From: an uncultured Bacillota bacterium
GTDB taxonomy: Bacteria > Bacillota_I > Bacilli_A > RFN20 > CAG-288
Length of the DNA stretch: 64,000 nucleotides
Direction: 5' to 3'
NCBI GenBank assembly: GCA_949299015.1
Contig: CASFYT010000006.1
Coordinates: 16,457 to 80,456 of the forward strand
Positions 26,084-34,003 of the stretch are shown here, piece by piece. The notes under the pieces are model-generated. The model saw nothing but the letters and a program-made list of their open reading frames with translations. It was not told the DNA's origin and did no database searches. The position numbers and the translations under genes are program-made. The first letter of the stretch is position 1; every line of letters starts with the position of its first letter.

Positions 26084-27853
26084 ATGAACGAACATTGGGA
26101 TTTGACGTCGCTCTACAAGGACGAGGAGGACTATCGGCGGGACCTGGAACGCTTCCGCGGGTGGATCCCCGTCCTCGAGACGTATCGCGGGACGCTTTCC
26201 GACGACGCGAAGCTCTGCGCCTACTTTGACGCACAGGTCGAGCTGGAGAAGCTGGTCAATCGTCTCTATGCCTATGCGGCTTCGAAGGCGGACCTCGACC
26301 GACGCAACGTCGAGAACGTCGGCAAGGAGAACGAGCTGATCTCCCTGCTCCGCCGGCTGGAGAGCGCGACGTCCTTCTTCGATCCGGAAATCCTCGCCCT
26401 GGGGCAGAGGCACATGGAGGAGTTCTTCGCCCGGAACGGGAGCTACCGTCAGTTCGACTTCCAGATCCGCAAGCTTTTCGACGGGGCGAAGTACGTCCTT
26501 TCCGACGACAAGGAGCGCCTGCTCTCCCACTACTCGGCCTTCTCCGATGTCGGGGACAGCCTCTACTCCACGCTCTCGGTGGGAGACTACCGGCCCAAGA
26601 CGGCCCATCTCAGCGGAGGACGCGACGTCGTCGTCACCACGAGCAACTGGACGACCTTGATCGCCGAGGAGAAGGATCCCGAGGATCGCCGAAAGGTCTT
26701 CGAGGCGCTCTATACCTACTACGACGAACACAAGAACACCTATGCCGAGATCTACTCCTTCCTGCTGCAGAGCCAGCTGGCGGTCATGAAAGCCCGCGGC
26801 TACCACTCGATCCTGGAAGAGCATCTCGTCGGAAACCAGATTCCGACGAGCGTCTTCCACAACCTTGTCGAGGTCGCCCATGAGGGGGCGAAGCATCTCC
26901 AGCGCTATTACGAGCTGAGGAGGAAGGCCCTTCACCTGGAGAAGCATCGTTCCTACGACCGCTTCCTCCCGCTCTCCCAGAGCAAGACGAAGGTCACCTA
27001 CGAGCAGAGCAAGGAGATGTTCTTCCGTTCGATCGAGAAATTCCCCGAGGATTTCCGAAACAAGGCCAGGAAAGTGACGGCCGACGGCATGGTCGATGTC
27101 TATCCTCAGGATGGCAAGACGACGGGCGCCTATTCGCGCGGTGGAGGCGGACTCGATCCGATGATCCTTCTCAACTTCCAAGGAACGCTTGAGGATGTCT
27201 TCACGCTGGCCCACGAGTCCGGACATTCCATCCACACGCTCTATTCGGATGAAAGTCAGCCGCTGATGAAGCAGAACTACACCATCTTCGTCGCCGAGAT
27301 CGCCTCGACGTTCAACGAGCACAACCTCCTGGACGACCTCCTTCGACGGGAAGACCTGACCAGGGAAGACCGCATTGCCCTGCTCCAGAAGGCCATCGAC
27401 GAGATCTGCTCGACCTTCTACCGCCAGACGCTGTTTGGCGAATATGAGTATCTCGTCAGCCGGAAGGTCGAGAAGGGCGAGGTCCTTGACTACCAGGTCC
27501 TCTCCGACATCATGACGGACCTCTATCGACAGTACTACGGAATCGACATCGCCGAAGAGGTCTACAAGCCCTTGGTCTGGTGCTATATCCCGCATCTCTA
27601 TGCGACGCCGTTCTACGTCTATCAGTATGCGACCAGCTTTTCCGCCTCCCTCGAGCTCTATTCCCGCGTCAAGGCGGGGAAGGAAGGGGCCTTCGAGGCC
27701 TACGTCTCCCTCCTTCGCCAGGGCGGATCGGACTATCCGATCGAGGAAGTCCGCAAGGCGGGCGTCGACCTGACGACGAAGGAACCCTTCGAGGCCGTCG
27801 TCTCTCGCATGGAGGAGCTCGTCGGCCGTCTGGAGAAAGAACTGGAAGCCTAG
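26084..27853 (+). CDS. pepF: oligoendopeptidase F (M3B)
   Basis: Contains the HESGHSIH zinc motif. The start MNEHWDLTSLY is typical of PepF. The track start at 26030 is probably too far upstream. Confidence 0.93.
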   Translation: MNEHWDLTSLYKDEEDYRRDLERFRGWIPVLETYRGTLSDDAKLCAYFDAQVELEKLVNRLYAYAASKADLDRRNVENVGKENELISLLRRLESATSFFDPEILALGQRHMEEFFARNGSYRQFDFQIRKLFDGAKYVLSDDKERLLSHYSAFSDVGDSLYSTLSVGDYRPKTAHLSGGRDVVVTTSNWTTLIAEEKDPEDRRKVFEALYTYYDEHKNTYAEIYSFLLQSQLAVMKARGYHSILEEHLVGNQIPTSVFHNLVEVAHEGAKHLQRYYELRRKALHLEKHRSYDRFLPLSQSKTKVTYEQSKEMFFRSIEKFPEDFRNKARKVTADGMVDVYPQDGKTTGAYSRGGGGLDPMILLNFQGTLEDVFTLAHESGHSIHTLYSDESQPLMKQNYTIFVAEIASTFNEHNLLDDLLRREDLTREDRIALLQKAIDEICSTFYRQTLFGEYEYLVSRKVEKGEVLDYQVLSDIMTDLYRQYYGIDIAEEVYKPLVWCYIPHLYATPFYVYQYATSFSASLELYSRVKAGKEGAFEAYVSLLRQGGSDYPIEEVRKAGVDLTTKEPFEAVVSRMEELVGRLEKELEA

Positions 27854-27891
27854 GTCCTTCGCTTCGCTTGCGCAAACAGGAGGTATAAGCC

Positions 27892-28767
27892 ATGAATCCC
27901 ATCGCCATCTTGGCCGATTCGACCTGCGACCTGAGCCCGGAACTCGTCCTGCGGCATCGGATCGAGATCCTTCCGCTCCACGTCTCATTTCCGAACGATT
28001 CCCACGATTATCGCGACGGCATCGACCTTCAGAGCGAGGACGTCTATCGCAAGGCGGAGGAGTCCAAGTCGACGCCGAAGACCGGTGCGCTCAATGTCTA
28101 TGAGCTGATCGAGTTCTTCCGCGTCCACATCGATCGCGGGGAGGACGTCCTCTTCACGGGCATCGGCTCGGGACTTTCCTCCACCTACCAGAACGCCCTC
28201 CTGGCGGCCCAGTCGTTTCCCGAAGGACGGATCGAGGTCGTCGATTCGCAGAACCTGTCGACGGGCACCGGCCTTCTGGTCCTGAAGATGGCTGCCCTGC
28301 GCGACGAGGGAAAGGACGTCCATGCGATCGCGAAGGAGGTGCGAGGACTGGTTCCGTATGTCTCCGCGAAGTTCTGCATCGACCGCCTCGACTACCTGTA
28401 CCGCGGCGGCCGCTGCTCGGGATTGACGATGAACCTCGCCCACATCCTCCACATTCATCCCGTCGCCAAGGTCATCGACAACAAGCTGCAGGTCGTACGC
28501 AAGGTCCGCGGCCGCTATCGACGGGCCGTCGACGCCCAGCTGGAGGAATTCGAGGAAGACCTTCCGGCCATCGATCCCTTCGCCCTCTTCGTCACCGATT
28601 CCGGACACATGGAGGGCGAGGACGAATACATGCTGTCGAAGGCTCGGGAACGCTTCGATCCGGAGAGGATCTACCACACCCGCGCCGGATGCGTCGTCTC
28701 CTCGCACTGCGGGCCCAAGACGATCGGCATCCTCTACCTGCTGGATCCGAAGAAGGTCCGGCGCTGA
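27892..28767 (+). CDS. DegV-family fatty-acid-binding protein (FakB-like)
   Basis: IAILADSTCDL... has DegV architecture over its 291 aa. Confidence 0.9.
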   Translation: MNPIAILADSTCDLSPELVLRHRIEILPLHVSFPNDSHDYRDGIDLQSEDVYRKAEESKSTPKTGALNVYELIEFFRVHIDRGEDVLFTGIGSGLSSTYQNALLAAQSFPEGRIEVVDSQNLSTGTGLLVLKMAALRDEGKDVHAIAKEVRGLVPYVSAKFCIDRLDYLYRGGRCSGLTMNLAHILHIHPVAKVIDNKLQVVRKVRGRYRRAVDAQLEEFEEDLPAIDPFALFVTDSGHMEGEDEYMLSKARERFDPERIYHTRAGCVVSSHCGPKTIGILYLLDPKKVRR

Positions 28768-28771
28768 AAAG

Positions 28772-28797
28772 ACGGGAGGACGACTCCCGTTTTTTTG
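28772..28797 (+). terminator. rho-independent terminator of degV
   Basis: ACGGGA-(7 nt)-TCCCGT followed by T7. Confidence 0.85.
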
Positions 28798-28874
28798 TGG
28801 TCGCCCGTTGCACTCTTGTCAAAATATTGGACATGAGTATAATATTGAGCGTTAATCCAACAGAAAGGAGGAAC

Positions 28875-29465
28875 ATGAACCGCAACCGAAATCTCTCCGA
28901 CCCTCGGGTCATCCGCAGCCGAAGGGACCTCTGCCGCGCCCTGCTCGAACTCCTGCAGGAGAAGAGCCTGGACGACATCACCGTCCAGGAGATCACCTCG
29001 CGGGCGATGGTCAGCAAGAACACGTTCTACAACAACTTCCGCGACAAGGAGGAGCTTCTGGAGTGCATCTTCGTCCAGGCCTCCGACCAGCTGAGGCAGG
29101 CCGTCAACCCTTCGGAGCTCCTCCGCCAGGGCAAGACCAGGGAGGAGGTCTTCCGCCTCTTCCTGACGAAGGCGGTCCACTTCTTCTACGAGCGCTCGCC
29201 CATCCTTCGGAAGACGTTCGAGAACGATTCCTCGAAGACCCTCTACTGGTGCTACCTGAAGTTCATGAACCGGGCGCTTCGCCTTCTTCTGGAGAAGGAA
29301 GGGTCCGCGAATTCCGACGATTCGGAGATCTTCGTCCACTTCTATTCGGGGGCCTTCGCCAACCTCCTCTACTTCTCTCTCTCCAACGAGTCGATCTCGG
29401 AGCAGACGATGGTCGAGAGCCTGTGCAATTCGCTGATCCGACCTCAGGGTTTGGCTCGAAAATAG
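28875..29465 (+). CDS. TetR/AcrR-family transcriptional regulator
   Basis: AAAGGAGG RBS. SLDDITVQEITSRAMVSKNTFYNNFRDKEELL is the TetR HTH. A TTGTCA-16-TATAAT promoter lies upstream. Confidence 0.9.
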   Translation: MNRNRNLSDPRVIRSRRDLCRALLELLQEKSLDDITVQEITSRAMVSKNTFYNNFRDKEELLECIFVQASDQLRQAVNPSELLRQGKTREEVFRLFLTKAVHFFYERSPILRKTFENDSSKTLYWCYLKFMNRALRLLLEKEGSANSDDSEIFVHFYSGAFANLLYFSLSNESISEQTMVESLCNSLIRPQGLARK

Positions 29466-29590
29466 TTTTGAAGGAGCATTGTTTTCAAGAAGGAATGTTT
29501 TCCTCGGGAATCGTTGAAAAAGATAACATTTTACAAAGAAACCTCTGCCGTCTATGATGATGCCGACGACTGATACAAAGGAGCATGAAC

Positions 29591-31783
29591 ATGCGAAATC
29601 ATAAGATTCTATCCCTTCTCGGCCTGATGACCCTCGTCAGCCTGGCCTCCTGCTCGAGCCCGAGCTCGACGACCTCTTCCTCCTCTTCTTCTTCCTCGAG
29701 CTCCAGCAGCTCTTCCTCCTCTTCTTCTTCTTCTTCCACGCCCGACGTCCCGGAGGTCACTTCCGTCAACTACCGTCGAAGCGGCTATCTCAACGCCAAC
29801 GTCGACTTCCTGACGGAAGACACCTACGTCCTGAGCGTTCCGGCCGACTACAGCTTCACGTACTACTCGGACAAGAGCCTTGGCGACGACCTGGAGCTTG
29901 CCCTCCACCTTTCCGAAGTCCATGAGACGGGAACGGAGGAGCAGCCTTCCCTCTATTCGGTCCCGAAGAACTTCAATGCCATCAGCTTCGTCTACGGCCT
30001 CCCCTCCCTGCTTTCCGCCCTCGGCTCGATGCTCCCCTTCGAACTGGACACGAGCCTTTTCCCGCAGGACTTCGAGGCGGCCCTTCCGGCCTACCAGGGC
30101 TATGCCGAAGCGGAGGAGGATGCGATTCCGGAGGAGACGCTTCGCGTCAACCTCGTCGACGGAGCCGGCCTTGTCTACACGGACCAGGCGGTCGTCGATG
30201 GAAAGGACAGCCTGCGCGCCTACGTCGAGAGCGACGTCTCGGGAATCTACGAGTCCCTGGCCGGCGCCGACCTCTCTTCCCTGCTGGAGGGCATCGACCT
30301 GGAGAACCTGGACCTGACTCAGCTCTTCTTCATGCTGGACACGCTCTTCCCGACGGAGGATACGATCCGTCCCATCTCCTCGATCCTGGGCCAGGTCTTC
30401 TTCATCGCCGGCGACGGATTGGACATCGACATCGTTCCGGACACGGAGAACTCGCGCGTCGACGTGGACTTCCGCCTCAACGAGACGGGCCTTTCCAAGG
30501 TCACCGACCTGCTGGTCGAGTCGGCGGGCGACATGGGCTCGATGCTGAGCGTGTCGGGCCTTGAGCTGGGCTTCACCCTCTTCACCGACGGCGAGATGGT
30601 CAATCAGTTCGGCGGCCTGCGCCTCAACGCCGGCCTCGGCGTCGAGCTCTTCCCAGGCTTCTCCATGCCGATCGGTATCGACCTGGATCTCTCCTTCGAA
30701 AACGAGAAGGAGACCCTTGCGGCCGATTACTTCGAGACGAGGAACGATGAGATCGCGGCGAAGAAGGAAGTGGACGCCGCCTTCGAGGACTTCTACGGCC
30801 GCGTGCGTTCCTACGTCCGCGGAGAAGAGGCCGGCATCGACCTCCGGAGCGCGACGTCCGCCCTCCTGGAAGGATATGCCGAGGAATATGCGACCTTGGA
30901 CGACGAAGTGAAGTTCATGCTCGGAAGCGCGGTGAGCGCCGAGTCCATCCCGGCGGCCTATCAGGACGGCCGGACGGCCCTCTCCGCCGTCCTGGAGGCC
31001 TGGACCGCTCGCGAGGAGAAGTCCTTCGGCTCCATCGGCGAAATCACGAGCTTCGTCCGGACCATCTCCGGCTACGGCTTCTGGAAGGAGGCCTTGGCGG
31101 AAGACGAAACGGGAGCGGAAATCGTCGCGGCGATCGATGAGCGCATGGATCAGGAAGTGGAGAACGCCCGGGTCCTCGCCCAACAGCTGGCTTCCCAGCT
31201 TGAAAACGGTGAAACCGTCTTCGCTGAGGACACTGTCCTTCAGACTGCCATTCAGAACTACCACACCATCCTGACCCTCGTCGAGGAAGATTCCTCGGCC
31301 CGTGCGCTGGCCGACGCCGACCAGCTCGCCGCGATGGACGAGATCCTCGCTTCGATCGACGGCTTCCTTCCCCAGGCTCTGGGCTATTATGCCGCCTCCC
31401 TGGTCGAGGCCTACCAGTCGGACAAGACCTTCGCCGACCTTCAGGCGGAATTCCTGGACGAATCCTCCTTCCGCTACGTGATTTCGGATGAGGACAGGGC
31501 CCTCTACGACTCCATCCTCCTGGAGCAGTTCTCGGCCTCTTCCAGCGCCATGGACATGGTGGACAAGGCGCTGGACGTCGAAGTCTCCTCTCTGCGCGAA
31601 GAACTTGTCACGGCGATCAAGGAGAGCACGGACGCGGCGACTTTCAGCGAAGCGACGGCGACGATTGCCTCCCGCCTTTCGGACGTCGATGAGCTGACGA
31701 CCCTCTTCCAGCTCGCGGACAAGACCGCTGGACTGGATCAGGCCCTGGAACAGGCCGAGATGTACTTCTCGACCCGGGCGTAA
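29591..31783 (+). CDS. large acidic serine-linker lipoprotein (paralogue of 45210-47258)
   Basis: MRNHKILSLLGLMTLVSLASC (lipobox) followed by 21 consecutive Ser. The ATG at 29591 has better SD spacing (AAAGGAG) than the one at 29585. By eye it is colinear with the 45210 protein. Confidence 0.85.
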   Translation: MRNHKILSLLGLMTLVSLASCSSPSSTTSSSSSSSSSSSSSSSSSSSSSTPDVPEVTSVNYRRSGYLNANVDFLTEDTYVLSVPADYSFTYYSDKSLGDDLELALHLSEVHETGTEEQPSLYSVPKNFNAISFVYGLPSLLSALGSMLPFELDTSLFPQDFEAALPAYQGYAEAEEDAIPEETLRVNLVDGAGLVYTDQAVVDGKDSLRAYVESDVSGIYESLAGADLSSLLEGIDLENLDLTQLFFMLDTLFPTEDTIRPISSILGQVFFIAGDGLDIDIVPDTENSRVDVDFRLNETGLSKVTDLLVESAGDMGSMLSVSGLELGFTLFTDGEMVNQFGGLRLNAGLGVELFPGFSMPIGIDLDLSFENEKETLAADYFETRNDEIAAKKEVDAAFEDFYGRVRSYVRGEEAGIDLRSATSALLEGYAEEYATLDDEVKFMLGSAVSAESIPAAYQDGRTALSAVLEAWTAREEKSFGSIGEITSFVRTISGYGFWKEALAEDETGAEIVAAIDERMDQEVENARVLAQQLASQLENGETVFAEDTVLQTAIQNYHTILTLVEEDSSARALADADQLAAMDEILASIDGFLPQALGYYAASLVEAYQSDKTFADLQAEFLDESSFRYVISDEDRALYDSILLEQFSASSSAMDMVDKALDVEVSSLREELVTAIKESTDAATFSEATATIASRLSDVDELTTLFQLADKTAGLDQALEQAEMYFSTRA
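29675..29737 (+). repeat. poly-serine coding tract (21 consecutive Ser)
   Basis: Codon count from the sequence. Codons are mixed TCT/TCC/TCG/AGC. Confidence 0.9.
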
Positions 31784-31798
31784 GTTCACGCATCGCTG

Positions 31799-31823
31799 AG
31801 GCCCTCTTCGGAGGGCCTTTTTG
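31799..31823 (+). terminator. rho-independent terminator
   Basis: AGGCCCTC-TTCG-GAGGGCCT followed by TTTTT. Confidence 0.85.
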
Positions 31824-31877
31824 CATCTTCGTTGTTTCGCGAAGACGGGGAAACTATAATTTTCCTGAAAGGTCGAC

Positions 31878-32813
31878 ATGGATATGGATATCAAGGAAAG
31901 CGTCGTCGAGGCGATTGGAGACACGCCTCTGATTCATCTGTCCCGTCTGGAGAAGCACTTTGCCCTGAAGGGTCGCCTCTACGCCAAGCTGGAGCGTTCC
32001 AACCCGACGGGTTCGATCAAGGACCGGACCGCCCGTTCCCTCCTGCTCTCCGCCATCGAGCGGGGAGAGGTCCGTCCGGACACGGTCGTGGTCGAGCCGA
32101 CGAGCGGAAATACGGGCATCGCCCTGGCCAGCCTCTGCGCCGCCCTCGGACTGAAGGCGGTCATCGTGATGCCGGAGAACTGCTCCCGCGAGCGCGTCCT
32201 GATGATGAAGGCTTTGGGAAGCGAGGTGATCCTCACCCCGAAGGAACAGGGAATGGACGGCGCGGTGAGGCGGGCCAGGGAATATGCCCGGTCCTGCCCG
32301 TCCTCCTTCGTCCCGGACCAGTTCTCGAACTTCGACAATTCCCTGGCCCACTATCGGACCACGGGGCCGGAGATCTTCCGCCAGCTGGATGGGCGGATCG
32401 ACCTCTTCGTCTGCGCCTTCGGGACGGGAGGGACGCTGACGGGCGTGGGCCGTTATCTGCGCGAGAAGGTCCCCTCCGTCACCCTGATCGGCGTCGAACC
32501 GGACTCTTCTCCCTTCGTCAGCCAGGGAAGGAAGGGGCCGCACAAGATCCAGGGAATCGGTGCGGGATTCGCGCCGAAGGTCCTGGACGCCTCGCTCTTG
32601 GACGAGGTCGTGACCGTCACGGACGAGGACGCCTATGAGGCGACGCGCCTTTTGGGACGGAAGGAAGGCCTCTTCTGCGGCATCTCCTCGGGATGCAACG
32701 TCTTTGCGGCGATCCGCGAGGCCAGGAAGGAGAAGTGGTCGGGAAGGAACGTCGTGACCGTCCTGCCGGACGATGGAGAGCGATATCTCTCCGTGGAGGG
32801 GCTCTATGACTGA
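31878..32813 (+). CDS. cysK: cysteine synthase A (O-acetylserine sulfhydrylase)
   Basis: Contains SNPTGSIKDR (PLP lysine) and GTGGTLTGVG. Confidence 0.95.
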   Translation: MDMDIKESVVEAIGDTPLIHLSRLEKHFALKGRLYAKLERSNPTGSIKDRTARSLLLSAIERGEVRPDTVVVEPTSGNTGIALASLCAALGLKAVIVMPENCSRERVLMMKALGSEVILTPKEQGMDGAVRRAREYARSCPSSFVPDQFSNFDNSLAHYRTTGPEIFRQLDGRIDLFVCAFGTGGTLTGVGRYLREKVPSVTLIGVEPDSSPFVSQGRKGPHKIQGIGAGFAPKVLDASLLDEVVTVTDEDAYEATRLLGRKEGLFCGISSGCNVFAAIREARKEKWSGRNVVTVLPDDGERYLSVEGLYD

Positions 32814-33639
32814 CGATTCCAAGGTCCTGGAGGAACTCCTTGCCCTCTACCAGGAAGAGAAGGGGAGGAAGCTTCCGCTGGATCGGGGCCTGTTCTATTC
32901 CTTCCTGGACGACGCCCGCCGGCTTTTGAACCTGGACTTCTTCCAGCCCCGATACGAGAGGGAGGACGTCAAACGCCTCCTCTGCCGCCTGGAGGAGAAG
33001 CTCTTCCTGATCCTTTCGGACTACGACGTCGAAGACCCGGAGGATTCCGTCCGCTACTTCCTCACGTCCCTCCCGGAAGCCCGGCGGCTCCTTCTTTCCT
33101 CGGCCAAGGCGATCCTCGAGGGCGACCCGGCCTCCGACTCGCTCCAGGAGGTCGTCTACTGCTATCCGGGATACTTCGCCATCCTGACCTATCGGATCGC
33201 CAACATCCTCTATCGGATGGGCCTGCGCTTCCTGGCCCGGCTGGCTTCGGAGGACGCCCACCGGTCGACGGGCATCGACATCAATCCCGGGGCGACGATC
33301 GGCCGCTCCTTCTTCATCGACCACGGGACAGGCATCGTCATCGGCGAGACGACGGTCATCGGAGACAACGTCAAGCTCTACCAGGGCGTCACGCTGGGGG
33401 CCCTCTCCCTCAAGGACGGGCATCTCCTCTCAGGGAAGAAGAGGCATCCCACGATCGAGGACGACTGCACCATCTACTCCAACGCGACGATCCTCGGCGG
33501 GGAGACGGTGATCGGACACCACTCGACGATCGGGGCCAACACCTACCTCACGCACCCGGTTCCGGCACACTCCCGAGTGATTCTGACGGACGGCGGAGTT
33601 CGCATCCTGACAAAGGAAAAAACGGCGGATAATTCCTAA
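32806..33639 (+). CDS. cysE: serine O-acetyltransferase
   Basis: GIDINPGATIGRSFFIDHGTGIVIGETTVIGDNV is the hexapeptide region. It overlaps the cysK stop by 8 nt. Confidence 0.93.
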   Translation: MTDDSKVLEELLALYQEEKGRKLPLDRGLFYSFLDDARRLLNLDFFQPRYEREDVKRLLCRLEEKLFLILSDYDVEDPEDSVRYFLTSLPEARRLLLSSAKAILEGDPASDSLQEVVYCYPGYFAILTYRIANILYRMGLRFLARLASEDAHRSTGIDINPGATIGRSFFIDHGTGIVIGETTVIGDNVKLYQGVTLGALSLKDGHLLSGKKRHPTIEDDCTIYSNATILGGETVIGHHSTIGANTYLTHPVPAHSRVILTDGGVRILTKEKTADNS

Positions 33640-33743
33640 AATAGTCCAATATTGTCACTTCTTTTTTGGGAAAAATACTCTACAATGAGAGAGTAACCCA
33701 ATTCACACCAAACTCGTATTGGGCAAAGTAGGAGGCGTTTAGG

Positions 33744-33980
33744 ATGAACAATGCCGAAACGTTGCTCGTCGTCTATGATATGGTCCTCAGCGGACGTTCC
33801 TACCAGATCAAGGATCTCGTCGAGAGGAGCGGCTGCTCCCGCCGGACTTGCTTTCGCTACCTGAAGTGCATCCGCGAGCATCTCGAGCGAAAGGGAGGCC
33901 CCTACCAGCTCGTCTATGACCGCAAGCTGCGGAAATACGAACTGCGGAGGAAGGACGAAGACAAGGAAATCGTTGGCTAA
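33744..33980 (+). CDS. small stand-alone HTH protein (HTH_11/DeoR-N-like)
   Basis: Length 78 aa. YQIKDLVERSGCSRRTCFRYLKCI is the HTH. GGAGG RBS. Confidence 0.7.
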   Translation: MNNAETLLVVYDMVLSGRSYQIKDLVERSGCSRRTCFRYLKCIREHLERKGGPYQLVYDRKLRKYELRRKDEDKEIVG

Positions 33981-34003
33981 GAGCCGGGAAACCGGCTCTT
34001 TTT
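33981..34003 (+). terminator. rho-independent terminator of the HTH gene
   Basis: GAGCCGG-GAAA-CCGGCTC followed by T5. It abuts the stop of the convergent gene. Confidence 0.85.

Noticed and set aside
24320-27988. A 1222-aa minus-strand ORF spanning pyrG, the pyrG-pepF spacer, pepF and the degV start.
   Set aside because: It is antisense to three clearly recognisable genes. Its composition (R/G/D/V/E/L/A-rich, no motifs) is typical of shadow ORFs produced by GC3-biased codon usage. The same applies to 2493-5291(-), 29609-31924(-), 7734-9518(+), 10026-11873(+), 14345-15640(+), 42272-44290(-), 55054-56463(-) and most other long R/G-rich entries in the track.
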